DNA of 63,975 nucleotides from Simkaniaceae bacterium (GTDB lineage Bacteria; Chlamydiota; Chlamydiia; Chlamydiales; JAJFMI01): NCBI GenBank assembly GCA_040880145.1, contig JBBDIZ010000035.1, positions 1 to 63,975 of the forward strand, read 5' to 3'. Shown piece by piece: positions 19,093 to 29,386 of this stretch (position 1 is its first letter; each line of letters starts with the position of its first letter). The notes under the pieces were generated by a model. It saw only the letters and a program-made list of their open reading frames with translations, ran no database searches and was not told where the DNA came from. The position numbers and the translations under genes were made by a program.

Positions 19093-21294
19093 ATGGCAAG
19101 CTTGTACTTTCTTAAATACTGTGTTAGGATGCTAGGACTTATGGATGATCAAATTTCTGGAATTGTTGAACGAGTCGTCTTTTCTAATCAAGAAAATGGA
19201 TTTACAATTGCACGGCTAAAGGAACCTAGAAAAGAAGATTTAACGACTATTGTTGGAAGCATGCCTGAATTAAAGGCAGGTGAAGCGTTAACCCTTCAAG
19301 GCATTTGGAAGCATCACCCCCAGTATGGCCGCCAATTTGATGTCAAACTCTGCGATTTTAAGGCGCCGACCGATCAGGTGGGAATTCAAAAATATCTAGA
19401 ATCGGGATTGATCAAGGGCATTGGCCCTGTCTTTGCTGCAAGAATTGTAAAGCTCTTTGGAACAGAAACCTTAAACATTATTGACAAATCACCCGGCCGT
19501 TTGAATGAAGTCGAGGGAATGGGAGAAAAGCGCATTGATCTGATCAAGCAATGTTGGCAGGATCAAAAAGCAATTCGAGAATTGATTATCTTTTTACGCC
19601 AGCATGATGTTAGCCCCCTATTCGCTCAAAAGATTTTTCGACGCTATGGGGAAGAAAGCTTAGAAATTGTGAAAAAAGACCCCTATCGATTAGCAAAGGA
19701 AATTAACGGCGTCGGTTTCAAAACAGCAGATAAAATGGCTCAGTTAATTGGAGTCTTAAAAGACAGCCCCAAACGTATTGAAGCTTTTATCGAATATTTA
19801 CTCTGGGAGCTCACAGGAGACGGTCATGTCTGTTATCCAAAAACAGGTATTATCAAAAAAGGAATTGAACTTCTTCAGATCGAAGAACAAGCAATTCTAC
19901 CCTCTTTAGATGAACTGGAAGGCCAAGGGCGCATTGTACGTTACCCAATTAATGAAGAAGATCTCATTTGGATTAAACCTCTCTATCTATCTGAAGTGGG
20001 AATTGGAAAAGAGCTGAAGCGCCTGCTTACTGTCAATTCAGAAATCCGAACTATCGATGAAGAAAAAGCACTTGTTTGGGTACAAGAAAAACTAAATATT
20101 CAGTTAGCAAGCGAGCAAATCAAAGCCGTTTCAGTTTCACTCACCCAAAAAATTCACATTCTTACAGGGGGGCCCGGTACTGGAAAAAGCACAATCACAA
20201 ATGCCATCATTAAGATTTTAGAGAAAATTACGGGAAAAATTGTCTTGGCGGCTCCAACTGGCCGGGCCGCTAAGCGAATGAGTGAAATTACAGGCTATAA
20301 AGCCCAAACAATCCACTCCCTTCTTGAATTTGATTTTCAAGCGGGGGGCTTTAAACGCAATCACGACAACCCTCTCTCCGGCGCTTTGTTTTTATTCGAC
20401 GAAGCCTCCATGATTGATACGAGGCTCATGCATTACCTTCTAAGGGCCATCCCCGATAAAGCGCGAATCATCTTTATTGGCGATATCGATCAATTACCCA
20501 GTGTTGGACCCGGCAATGTCTTAAAAGATCTCATTGCAACAGAGAAAATTCCAGTGACTTGTCTGAAAAAAATTTTTAGACAAGCTCAAGGCTCCAAGAT
20601 TGTTACAAACGCTCATAGAATCAATCAAGGCGTTTTCCCTGATGTTTCAAGAGGAAAAAAAGATGATTTTATCTTTATCCCTGTTGATGAGCCCGATGAT
20701 ATTTTGCAAAAGATTGCCTCTCTTGTCTCCCAAGATATTCCGAATCACTTCGAGCTTGACCCTATCAATGATATTCAAGTCCTATCCCCCATGAAAAAGG
20801 GTGGAATTGGTATTGAGAACTTAAATCACCATCTGCAAGAACTTTTAAACCCAAATCGAGCCAGTGTACAACGAATGGGTATCACCTTTCGAGAGGGGGA
20901 TAAGGTAATGCAAATGCGCAATAATTATAATAAACTTGTCTTTAATGGGGATGTCGGGCGAATCATTGAAATCATTCAGGAGGATCAATTCTGTACGATC
21001 GATTTTGATGGACAAAGTATCGAATATGATTTTTCAGAGCTCGATGAGCTCTCTCTAGCCTACGCCTGTTCCATTCATAAGTATCAAGGCAGCGAATGCC
21101 CCTGCGTTGTTATACCGATTCATACCTGTCACTATAAGATGCTCAATCGCAATTTACTTTATACCGGCATTACAAGAGGAAAAAAACTAGTGGTGCTTGT
21201 GGGGTCAAAGCGAGCATTAATGATCAGTGTCCAAAATGATGAAGTCAAAAAGCGGTTTACCGGGCTCAAAGAAATCGTTTGTGAATTCCTATGA
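19093..21294 (+). CDS. recD2: RecD2-type SF1 ATP-dependent DNA helicase
   Basis: Walker A GGPGTGKST, HhH-like region, DEASMID, IFIGDIDQLPSVGPG, and C-terminal SIHKYQGSE and YTGITRGKK. The start may instead be the ATG at 19129 or 19141. Confidence 0.88.
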   Translation: MASLYFLKYCVRMLGLMDDQISGIVERVVFSNQENGFTIARLKEPRKEDLTTIVGSMPELKAGEALTLQGIWKHHPQYGRQFDVKLCDFKAPTDQVGIQKYLESGLIKGIGPVFAARIVKLFGTETLNIIDKSPGRLNEVEGMGEKRIDLIKQCWQDQKAIRELIIFLRQHDVSPLFAQKIFRRYGEESLEIVKKDPYRLAKEINGVGFKTADKMAQLIGVLKDSPKRIEAFIEYLLWELTGDGHVCYPKTGIIKKGIELLQIEEQAILPSLDELEGQGRIVRYPINEEDLIWIKPLYLSEVGIGKELKRLLTVNSEIRTIDEEKALVWVQEKLNIQLASEQIKAVSVSLTQKIHILTGGPGTGKSTITNAIIKILEKITGKIVLAAPTGRAAKRMSEITGYKAQTIHSLLEFDFQAGGFKRNHDNPLSGALFLFDEASMIDTRLMHYLLRAIPDKARIIFIGDIDQLPSVGPGNVLKDLIATEKIPVTCLKKIFRQAQGSKIVTNAHRINQGVFPDVSRGKKDDFIFIPVDEPDDILQKIASLVSQDIPNHFELDPINDIQVLSPMKKGGIGIENLNHHLQELLNPNRASVQRMGITFREGDKVMQMRNNYNKLVFNGDVGRIIEIIQEDQFCTIDFDGQSIEYDFSELDELSLAYACSIHKYQGSECPCVVIPIHTCHYKMLNRNLLYTGITRGKKLVVLVGSKRALMISVQNDEVKKRFTGLKEIVCEFL

Positions 21295-23307
21295 AATCAC
21301 ATGGCCGGGTTCTGCCAATTGAAACTGAGGGAGTTCGAGCCCTTCCTTCAAACTTGAAACAAGAAGCATTCCTTCACTTTTTACACCCATTAATTTAGTC
21401 GGTTTTAAGTTGGCTACAATCACGACTTTTTTACTGATAAGCTCTTGAAGATCCGGAAAATCTTTTGCAATGGCACTCACAATCGTTCTCTCTTCAAATC
21501 CAAGGTCAACTCGAAGCTTTAAAAGTTTCTGACTCTTAGGAATTTTTTCAGCTCGAATGATTCGTCCAACTCGTAAATCCAATTTACTAAAGTCATCAAA
21601 CTGTATGGACTCTTTTAAAGGCGCGTAACTTCCTTTCAAGCGCGCCTCTTGCTCTGTAATCCATTCATCCTCAACTTTCTGAAAGAGAATTTCCGGAACC
21701 GGTAGCTTTTTTCCAACGACAAGAGGGGTTTTTACCTCACTCCAAGTGCTTATTAGAGAATCCTCACCAAGCATGGCCCAAATCTTGCAAGCCGACGTTG
21801 GTATAATGGGATAGGACACGTGAGCGAGCGCCTTTAAAGCGTAAAGGCAACAATAAAGGGTATTTTGCATACAAGGACGTTTCTCTTCACTCTTTGCACT
21901 CACCCAAGGTTTTTTAGCATCAAAATAGGCATTCCCCGTTTGAGCAATCTCCATCATGAGTTGAGATGCTTTTCTTAAATGAAATTTTTCAAAGGCAAAT
22001 GCAGCTTCTTGCACAAGCTCATCCACGCGCTTTAAAAAAGCCTGATCTTCATCTGATAAATCTTGATGCTGAGGGATTTTCCCTTCACATTTAGCTTGAA
22101 TAAAGGTCAATACGCGATTGATAAGATTTCCAAATTTTCCAAGCAACTCACTGTTGCAGCGAAGTTGGAAGTCTTTCCAAGTAAACTCAGAATCCTGAGT
22201 TTCGGGAGCGTTTGAAGCGATCACATAGCGAATTTGATCGGTTGTGAAATGGGAAAAAAATTCATTGAGATCGATCGTCCATCCCTTTGACTTACTAAAC
22301 TGCTTCCCCTCTAAATTATAAAATTCATTAGCCGGCAGTTCATCGACAAGCTTATAGGGCTGATCTTGACCCATAATCATAGCCGGAAAGAAAATCGCAT
22401 GGAAGGGAATGTTATCCTTTCCAACAAAATTCACAAATTCAGTCTCTTGATCAAACCAGTATTCCTTCCAAAGATCCGGCCGGTTATTGATTATAGACCA
22501 TTCTTTAGTCGCCGAAATGTAGCCAATAGGCGCATCAAACCAGACATAAAAAACCTTATCCTCAGTTCCGGTTAGCGGAAGAGGAACTCCCCAAGTTGAG
22601 TCGCGCGTGATCGCTCGCATACGAAGTTCATCGATATAATGGGAGACAAAATTCGTAACGTTGCCCTTCCAATTTTTTGACTCGACAAAAGTCCTTAACT
22701 TCTCTCTAAAATGATCGAAGCGTAAATACCAATGCTTTGTTTTTTTCAGCGTCAAAGAGGAACCGGTCATCTGACTTCTTGGACTTTTCAGATCTTCAGC
22801 TTCAAAATTCCCCCCGCAAGAGGGACATTCATCCCCCCTTGCCTCATCAAATCCACATTTTGGACAGGTCCCTAGCACATAACGATCGGCTAAAAAACGC
22901 TTCTCTTCTTCTGAATAAAGCTGCTCGCTTATCCGCTCCTGAATGTGCCCATTTTTGACTAAACTTTGAAAAAACTCTTGGACAGTTTCCTGATGTCCCT
23001 CCCATGTGGTCCTGGAATAATGATCAAAAGAGATGTTTAACTTATCGAAAAAATCTCGATTAATCTGATGAAAAAGGTCGACATGCTCTTTAGGGGACCT
23101 CTTTGCTTTTTCCGCACTCAGTGTAATCGCAACGCCATATTCATCCGAACCGCAGATATAAAGGACATCGTCCCCCTGCAAACGGCGAAATCTTGCATAA
23201 GCATCAGCCGGAAGATAGCACCCCGCAATATGGCCAAAATGCAAAGGGCCATTTGCATAGGGTAAAGCCGCTGTGATAAGCCTTTTTTTAGTCTTTTTGC
23301 TCGTCAT
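21289..23307 (-). CDS. metG: methionyl-tRNA synthetase
   Basis: HIGH-type motif (PYANGPLHFGH), KFSKSKG (KMSKS), a zinc knuckle (CPKCG, CPSCG) and a C-terminal tRNA-binding domain. Confidence 0.95.
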   Translation of the reverse strand: MTSKKTKKRLITAALPYANGPLHFGHIAGCYLPADAYARFRRLQGDDVLYICGSDEYGVAITLSAEKAKRSPKEHVDLFHQINRDFFDKLNISFDHYSRTTWEGHQETVQEFFQSLVKNGHIQERISEQLYSEEEKRFLADRYVLGTCPKCGFDEARGDECPSCGGNFEAEDLKSPRSQMTGSSLTLKKTKHWYLRFDHFREKLRTFVESKNWKGNVTNFVSHYIDELRMRAITRDSTWGVPLPLTGTEDKVFYVWFDAPIGYISATKEWSIINNRPDLWKEYWFDQETEFVNFVGKDNIPFHAIFFPAMIMGQDQPYKLVDELPANEFYNLEGKQFSKSKGWTIDLNEFFSHFTTDQIRYVIASNAPETQDSEFTWKDFQLRCNSELLGKFGNLINRVLTFIQAKCEGKIPQHQDLSDEDQAFLKRVDELVQEAAFAFEKFHLRKASQLMMEIAQTGNAYFDAKKPWVSAKSEEKRPCMQNTLYCCLYALKALAHVSYPIIPTSACKIWAMLGEDSLISTWSEVKTPLVVGKKLPVPEILFQKVEDEWITEQEARLKGSYAPLKESIQFDDFSKLDLRVGRIIRAEKIPKSQKLLKLRVDLGFEERTIVSAIAKDFPDLQELISKKVVIVANLKPTKLMGVKSEGMLLVSSLKEGLELPQFQLAEPGHVIS

Positions 23308-23518
23308 TTTCTTCTTTAATTCTCAATAGCTCTTCCATCTTTTCCACATCAAAATGCTCTGGATGTCTTGCTAATTCATCTAATAGTTTCCTAGGCGTCA
23401 CTTCTTGTCCTGATCGGATCATAAGTTGCGCAATTTTAATTGCTTTCAAGGCAAGCTCAAAATTATTATGAAAGAGCTTCGATAGATTTTCAATGGTTAA
23501 ATGACCAATAGTCATCAC
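23288..23518 (-). CDS. rpoZ: small protein, probable RNA polymerase omega subunit-like
   Basis: 76 aa located immediately after gmk, which is the conserved gmk-rpoZ order. NNFELALKAIKIAQLM resembles the RpoZ NRFELVLLAAKRARQL. Confidence 0.5.
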   Translation of the reverse strand: MMTIGHLTIENLSKLFHNNFELALKAIKIAQLMIRSGQEVTPRKLLDELARHPEHFDVEKMEELLRIKEENDEQKD

Positions 23519-24141
23519 GTTTTATTCCTCACTTTATATTCTTCAGCGATCACAATACTTCGCAAAATTTCATAAGCGGTATCGAGATCATCGTTGATAA
23601 TTTGATAATCGTAATTACTTGCTTGAGCCATCTCTTTCGTCGACTCATCAAGACGCAATTGTTTTGTTTTTTCATCTTCTGATCCTCGTTTCTTCAAACG
23701 AGCTTTTAGCTCTTCAATACTTGGAGGAAGAATAAAAATAAAAATCGCTTCAATTTCTTTTCTTAACTTAGCGGCACCCTGAGTGTCGATCACTAAAAAA
23801 GCATGATGACCCCGATTGGTAATCCCTTCAATCGTACTCTTCAACGTACCATATTCATGACCAAACACACTTGCTGTCTCTAAAAAAGCACCCTCATCTT
23901 CTTTTTGCTGAAAAGCCTCTTTTGATAAAAAGAAATAATCCTTTCCATCGCTCTCCCCTTCCCGTTTCGTGCGTGTTGTACAGCTAACGCTGCGCTTGCA
24001 AACAGGCAGATCTCGAATAAGCCTTTTAACAAGCGTTGTTTTCCCAGCGCCGGAAGGAGCGCTGACAACAAAAATGAGGCCTTTATCTAAATGTCCTAAA
24101 AGTCTACTCAATATTCTGTACCTGTTCGCGCATTTTTTCAA
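23515..24141 (-). CDS. gmk: guanylate kinase
   Basis: P-loop SAPSGAGKTTL, TTRTKREGE and a GK fold layout. Confidence 0.92.
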   Translation of the reverse strand: MKKCANRYRILSRLLGHLDKGLIFVVSAPSGAGKTTLVKRLIRDLPVCKRSVSCTTRTKREGESDGKDYFFLSKEAFQQKEDEGAFLETASVFGHEYGTLKSTIEGITNRGHHAFLVIDTQGAAKLRKEIEAIFIFILPPSIEELKARLKKRGSEDEKTKQLRLDESTKEMAQASNYDYQIINDDLDTAYEILRSIVIAEEYKVRNKT

Positions 24142-24964
24142 TAGAGCTTTTAATTAAAAGAGCCTCTTTCGTTAAATTGATCCGACTGCTTTTAGAAAGA
24201 ATGGTGCTCACCTCTCGATGCATCTCTTGGATGAGAAAATCCAAAATTTTCCCATGGCATTTAGCCTCTTGATGGATAATTTGATCAAACTGAACAAAAT
24301 GAGAATCAAGACGAGCAATCTCTTCTTGAATATCTGCCTTATCAATTAATAAAAAGGCCTCTTTGACTACCCTCTCATCTTCACTAGCATCTGCCGTCAA
24401 CTTTTGATATCGCTCTAATAGCTCTTTTTGCAACTGCTCACTCAACCCTTCAGCTAACTTTTCAATTTTTTGCAAACCACTTTTAGCATCTTTTAGATGC
24501 AAAAGAATTTCCTTGCCAAGTGAATCGCCCTCTTTTAGTTTCATGGCCAAAAAATCACTCAAAGCAGATTCAAGCCCTTTGCAAACAGCGATTGACAACG
24601 CACTATCTTCACCTGCAGGCTGACCTTCTAATTTTGAATCGAGCTGGTTCAATATAAAGGTTAATGGAATTTTTTCTTCAATATTTAGCTGCGTGGTCAA
24701 TTGATCGTAATGATCCTTTAATGATTTCACTCTCTCTAAAGAGGGTAAAATCAAATTTTTACCAGAATCTAAAGAAGTCACCCTTATCGAAATTTGTCCC
24801 CTTGAAACGACCTTTTTCACCTGCTTTCTAAGTTCCATTTCTAGAAAAAGAAACTCTTTGGGCAAATAACATATCGCTTCAAAATTCTTTCGATTAACTC
24901 CCATCACCTCAACCTGGAAGGAACCCTCTTGAGAGCGCCCATAAGCGGTCATACTTTTTAACAT
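24104..24964 (-). CDS. yicC: YicC/YloC-family protein (stress-induced endoribonuclease family)
   Basis: The start MLKSMTAYGR is family-typical. A C-terminal DUF1732-like region contains QEMHREVSTILSKS and REQVQNIE. The ORF track start at 24985 is probably too long. Confidence 0.8.
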   Translation of the reverse strand: MLKSMTAYGRSQEGSFQVEVMGVNRKNFEAICYLPKEFLFLEMELRKQVKKVVSRGQISIRVTSLDSGKNLILPSLERVKSLKDHYDQLTTQLNIEEKIPLTFILNQLDSKLEGQPAGEDSALSIAVCKGLESALSDFLAMKLKEGDSLGKEILLHLKDAKSGLQKIEKLAEGLSEQLQKELLERYQKLTADASEDERVVKEAFLLIDKADIQEEIARLDSHFVQFDQIIHQEAKCHGKILDFLIQEMHREVSTILSKSSRINLTKEALLIKSSIEKMREQVQNIE

Positions 24965-25045
24965 GAAACTCACCGAGATATTCATGGGTATTTTATAGAG
25001 AATTTAGGTGAATGTCAAGGTGAGAAAAAAAGAGCCAAATAATCG

Positions 25046-25690
25046 TTATTTTTCTGCTACAGGCTTTTCTAGTAATTCTTTAGTTGAAAAAAGTGTTTTT
25101 AAAGGCTCGAAGCTCATCCGATGAATGGGCGATGCCCCATAGGTTCGAATTGCCTCTAAATGCGCTTTCGTTGCATAACCTTTATGGGTCGCAAAATCAA
25201 ATTCCGGCCATTTGTTGTGGTATTCCCGCATCATCTCATCGCGAACGACTTTGGCGATAATCGATGCCGCTGCAATACTAAGTGATTCTCTATCTCCCTT
25301 AACGATTCCCTCTTGGGGCAGGGGGAGTTCAGGAAAGTAGGGGCCGTCAAAAAGCAGGGCATTCGGGTTTAGGGTTAAATGATCGATGGCAAGCTTAAAA
25401 GCTTCGAAGGTCGCTTGCAAAATATTGATCCGATCGATCACATTGTGCATGACGATTCCAACTCCATAATACACGGATTTGTCTTGAATCAACCGTTGAT
25501 AAGCCTCTTCTCTTTTCTTGGGAGTGAGCGCTTTACTATCATCGATAAAGGGGTAGGATTTATCCCGAGGAAGAACAACAGCTGCTGCAACAACGGGGCC
25601 GGCTAGTGGACCACGGCCTGCTTCATCCAGTCCTGCAACAACTTCAAGACCTTGACTCCAATAACGCTGCTCATGTTCAAAATTCGCCAT
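25046..25690 (-). CDS. rnhB: ribonuclease HII
   Basis: GLDEAGRGPLAGPVVAAAV and SIAAASIIAKV. Confidence 0.92.
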   Translation of the reverse strand: MANFEHEQRYWSQGLEVVAGLDEAGRGPLAGPVVAAAVVLPRDKSYPFIDDSKALTPKKREEAYQRLIQDKSVYYGVGIVMHNVIDRINILQATFEAFKLAIDHLTLNPNALLFDGPYFPELPLPQEGIVKGDRESLSIAAASIIAKVVRDEMMREYHNKWPEFDFATHKGYATKAHLEAIRTYGASPIHRMSFEPLKTLFSTKELLEKPVAEK

Positions 25691-25740
25691 AGTCGCAACT
25701 ATAGCGAATTTCTGTATAAATCAGAATAAAAAAAGAGGAA

Positions 25741-26109
25741 TTATTTTGAGGCTTTTTTTACAATGCGCTCTTTGATCTTCGCTTTTTTCCCCATCTTTCC
25801 ACGGATAAAGTAGAGCTTGCTGCGACGGGTCTTCCCTTTTCGAGTCACTTCGATGTTTGAAATACGAGGACTATGAACGTGAAAAATACGCTCCATAGAA
25901 CGGCCATATGCCACTCTGTAAACGGTGAATGTTTCTCCAATTCCACATCCCTTTCTACCAATCACAGTTCCTGTAAATGTCTGGGTACGCTCCTTTGCAC
26001 CCTCTACAATTCGTATGTCGACTTTCACTGTGTCTCCAACTTCGAAAAAAGGAACTTCGCTTTTCAAATGCTCCTTCTGTAATTCTTCAAGTAGTTGATT
26101 TCGACTCAT
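25741..26109 (-). CDS. rplS: 50S ribosomal protein L19
   Basis: The L19 sequence starts at MSRNQLLEEL (ATG at 26109). The 68-codon upstream extension in the ORF track overlaps trmD and is not L19-like. Confidence 0.92.
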   Translation of the reverse strand: MSRNQLLEELQKEHLKSEVPFFEVGDTVKVDIRIVEGAKERTQTFTGTVIGRKGCGIGETFTVYRVAYGRSMERIFHVHSPRISNIEVTRKGKTRRSKLYFIRGKMGKKAKIKERIVKKASK

Positions 26110-26131
26110 GGTCCTATTCTCCAAAATATCT

Positions 26132-26806
26132 TTAAGTTTTTTCTGTGAGATCGGGGCGAACACTCTCAGTCTTTTCTCGAGCCCTCTCTTTTCGCCAAGC
26201 CTCAATTTTAGCATGATGCCCTTCAAGAAGGATGCTTGGCACTTCAAGACCTTCAAAGCTAGGGGGTCTTGTGTAATGCGGAGCATCGAAACAACCCTCC
26301 TCAAAAGAATCATTCAAAGCTGATTTGTCGTGCCCAAGAACTCCCGGAACGTAACGAACAACAGCATCGAGAATGACCGCAATTGCAGGAAGCCCGCTTG
26401 TCAGGACATAATCGCCAATACTAATCTCTTCGTCGACTTCCAGAGCGATCGCTCTTTCATCGATCCCCTCATAGTGACCAGAGAGTAAAATCAGATGGTC
26501 GTATGAGGCGAGCTGCCGACATTTTTTCGCTGTCAAAGGATTCCCCTGAGGCGAAAGATAAATCACATGAGAATTTGGTTGCCTGCAAGAACGAATCGCC
26601 TGAACGACCGGTTCTGCCATAAGAAGCATTCCAGGTCCTCCTCCATAGGGACGATCATCCACAGTCTTATGAGGCCCCGATGCATAATCACGTATATTAA
26701 CGAGATTGATATCGACAAGCCCCTTCTCTCTCGCTCTTTTAATCATACTGACATCAAAAGGCCCCTTGAAATACTCAGGGAAGAGAGAGAGAATGTCAAA
26801 TTTCAT
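26132..26806 (-). CDS. trmD: tRNA (guanine37-N1)-methyltransferase
   Basis: MKFDILSLFPEYF, DDRPYGGGPGM and GHYEGIDER. Confidence 0.95.
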   Translation of the reverse strand: MKFDILSLFPEYFKGPFDVSMIKRAREKGLVDINLVNIRDYASGPHKTVDDRPYGGGPGMLLMAEPVVQAIRSCRQPNSHVIYLSPQGNPLTAKKCRQLASYDHLILLSGHYEGIDERAIALEVDEEISIGDYVLTSGLPAIAVILDAVVRYVPGVLGHDKSALNDSFEEGCFDAPHYTRPPSFEGLEVPSILLEGHHAKIEAWRKERAREKTESVRPDLTEKT

Positions 26807-26808
26807 TT

Positions 26809-27126
26809 TTACTTTTTCTTCTTGCGAGCCGCCAACGCTTTCGTACGTTTCGCGATCTTCCGCTCACGAAGCATTTTGTCTGCTTCAGGAGAGAGGCGCA
26901 CGATAAGAGCAGCCGCCTTTTCAGTCGGTTCTGCGCCCATTTCCAGCCAATAGGCAATGCGCTGTTTATCGACTTTCGCTTCCCGATCACCTTCTTGAAG
27001 AGGGTGATAATATCCTAACGTCTCCACATACTTCCCGTCACGAGGACTTTTTGAATCGGCGAGAACGAGGCGATAGGCTTTTGCATTGGTGCGTCCCTGT
27101 TGACGCAATCTAATCTTTAATCCCAT
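26809..27126 (-). CDS. rpsP: 30S ribosomal protein S16
   Basis: MGLKIRLRQQGRTNAKAYRLVLADSKSPRDG. AAGGA lies 9 nt upstream of the ATG at 27126. The C-terminal tail is Lys-rich. Confidence 0.9.
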   Translation of the reverse strand: MGLKIRLRQQGRTNAKAYRLVLADSKSPRDGKYVETLGYYHPLQEGDREAKVDKQRIAYWLEMGAEPTEKAAALIVRLSPEADKMLRERKIAKRTKALAARKKKK

Positions 27127-27179
27127 AGTCATAGATCCTTTTTTCGAGCTATTATACCGATAACCCACTTAAATGACGA

Positions 27180-28523
27180 TTAAAAAAATTTATCAAAAAC
27201 ACCGCTATCTAAATTTAATTGTTTTTGAAGTTTTTTCTTGTTTCCTGACATTCCTTTAAAGAGTTGCTTGACTCGCTTAAACCCCTTTACTAGGCGATTG
27301 ACCTCATCAATCGACGTACCCGAACCGATTGCAATTCTTCGGCGCCTCGAGGGAACAAGCTCATCTCTGCAGATCCGTTCATTCGGAGTCATCGATAAAA
27401 TAATTGCTTCTGCTCTATTAAACTCTTTTTCATTCATATCGAGATCACCCATTTCTTGAGCGCCGGGCAGCATCTTAAGTAAACTTTTAATTGGCCCCAA
27501 CTTCTTGATCATCGACATCTGTTTAAGGTAATCAGCATAGGTAAAGTTTGCTTTTCGAAGTTTCACCTCTAAGTCGTCTTCTTCCTCGTCATCAAAGTGC
27601 TCTTCAGCTTTTTTTACGAGGTTAATCACATCCCCCATGCCAAGGATTCGATCAGCCATAGATTCAGGGTTGAAAAGTTGGAAATCTTCATTTTTTTCTC
27701 CGACCCCTTCAAATTTAAGAGGCTTTTTCGTTACCTCTAAAATAGAAAGAGCGGCGCCTGCTCGAGCATTCCCATCGAGCATTGTTAAAACCGATCCGGT
27801 TATCCCAATTTGTTGATCAAATTCGGCTGCCGTTTTAACCGCATCTTGACCAATTGAAGCAGAGGCGACAAAGAGGGTTTCATGAGGTTTTGATACCTCT
27901 TTAAGCTCTTTCAGTTCACGCATCAATTCTTCATCGATGTGCAACCGTCCTGCAGAATCTAAAATAATGACGTCATAGCCCTCTTTTTTGGCGAGCTTAA
28001 ATGCCTCTTTAGCAACACTTGAGGGCTTCTTTGCTTTTTCATCGATATATACGGGAATCGAATGGGCTTCACCCAAGCTCTTTAACTGCAAACCTGCAGC
28101 AGCCCGCTGCAAATCGCAGCCAACAAGCAAGGGGGATTTTTGAAATTCTTTGCGTTTTAAAAAGGTTGCAAGCTTTGCTGCTGTCGTTGTTTTCCCGGAG
28201 CCTTGCAAGCCGCAAAGAAGAATGACGCATGGATCACCCCTAAGATTAATTTTAGCCTCTTCTTTTCCCATCAAGGCAACGAGTTCATCGTGGATGAGTT
28301 TGATAAAAGCATCGCTCGGGTCAACAGACTTTAAAATCTCTTCTCCAACAGCCTTTTCCTTAACGCGCTTAATAAAGGCGCTGACAACGGAAAAATTGAC
28401 GTCAGCATCTAAAAGGGCAAGCCTCACCTGGCGCACCGCATCTTGAATATTCCCTTCCGTCAGCTTCTTTTTCATTAGCTGAGTCATCAGATTTTGAAAC
28501 TTTTCAGTCACTACACCGAACAT
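27180..28523 (-). CDS. ffh: signal recognition particle protein Ffh
   Basis: GLQGSGKTTT, DSAGR, TMLDG and a methionine-rich M domain. Confidence 0.95.
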   Translation of the reverse strand: MFGVVTEKFQNLMTQLMKKKLTEGNIQDAVRQVRLALLDADVNFSVVSAFIKRVKEKAVGEEILKSVDPSDAFIKLIHDELVALMGKEEAKINLRGDPCVILLCGLQGSGKTTTAAKLATFLKRKEFQKSPLLVGCDLQRAAAGLQLKSLGEAHSIPVYIDEKAKKPSSVAKEAFKLAKKEGYDVIILDSAGRLHIDEELMRELKELKEVSKPHETLFVASASIGQDAVKTAAEFDQQIGITGSVLTMLDGNARAGAALSILEVTKKPLKFEGVGEKNEDFQLFNPESMADRILGMGDVINLVKKAEEHFDDEEEDDLEVKLRKANFTYADYLKQMSMIKKLGPIKSLLKMLPGAQEMGDLDMNEKEFNRAEAIILSMTPNERICRDELVPSRRRRIAIGSGTSIDEVNRLVKGFKRVKQLFKGMSGNKKKLQKQLNLDSGVFDKFF

Positions 28524-29380
28524 GGCAGATCCTTTGTAAAACGCATAAACAAAAAGCGATCATGACCTGACCAATCTTTTGAAAGATCTTTTTCACTCCA
28601 GCAAGCTGCTGAGAAAAGTTCTAAAAGAGCCTCGCCCTGATCATAACCTATTTCTAAAAATATAAAAGCGCCCTCATTGAGAAATGAGGGAAGATCAGAG
28701 GCTAGTTTTTCATAAAACTCAAGACCCGTGACTCCTCCAACTAAAGCCATTTTCGGCTCAAAGTCAAAAACGCTTCGATCTAATTTTTGATAATCTGCAT
28801 CTGAAATATAAGGGGGATTGCAGAGGATAATATCCGCTTTTTGACCCTCAAAGGGCTCTAAAAGATCACCTTCTAGAATGCTTACAGTTAAAGAATTTCT
28901 CTCAGCATTTCTCCGCGCTAAGGCTGTACAATGAGGCGAAAGATCCGATAAAGTGACATCGATCGATGGAAAGCGGCATTTAAGAGCGAGCCCCAAACAA
29001 CCCGTTCCTGTACAAAGATCCCATGCTTTTATTTCAAGAGATTTAAGCTTAGAAATCAAGCTGCAGACTTTTTGAAGCATGATTTCAGTCTCTTGCCTTG
29101 GAATTAAAGCTTGGGAGTCCACCTCTATTTTACAGTGAAAAAAATGAATCACCTTCAAAAGGTGCTCTAAGGGCTCGCCGGAAATTTTGCGGTCAAGAAG
29201 CTTTTGACAAAGTTGCCATTCCGCGCTAAGAACCGGTCGATCAAAATAAAGATAGAGCTCCACTCGAGGTAGATGGAACACTCCTGACAGAATCTCTTCT
29301 GCAGTTTGGCGCGATCTTCTCACTTCGTTTTTCTCAAGAATTCTCTTTGAAAAGTGTAAAAGATGGCCAAGTGTTCTCAT
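28511..29380 (-). CDS. prmC: release-factor glutamine N5-methyltransferase
   Basis: DLCTGTGCLG and NPPY motifs. It lies directly downstream of prfA. Confidence 0.9.
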   Translation of the reverse strand: MRTLGHLLHFSKRILEKNEVRRSRQTAEEILSGVFHLPRVELYLYFDRPVLSAEWQLCQKLLDRKISGEPLEHLLKVIHFFHCKIEVDSQALIPRQETEIMLQKVCSLISKLKSLEIKAWDLCTGTGCLGLALKCRFPSIDVTLSDLSPHCTALARRNAERNSLTVSILEGDLLEPFEGQKADIILCNPPYISDADYQKLDRSVFDFEPKMALVGGVTGLEFYEKLASDLPSFLNEGAFIFLEIGYDQGEALLELFSAACWSEKDLSKDWSGHDRFLFMRFTKDLPCSV

Positions 29381-29386
29381 TGTCTT

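Noticed and set aside
25741-26313. A 190-aa version of the L19 ORF extending 68 codons upstream into trmD.
   Set aside because: The extension is not L19-like and overlaps the trmD coding sequence. The L19 sequence begins at the ATG at 26109.
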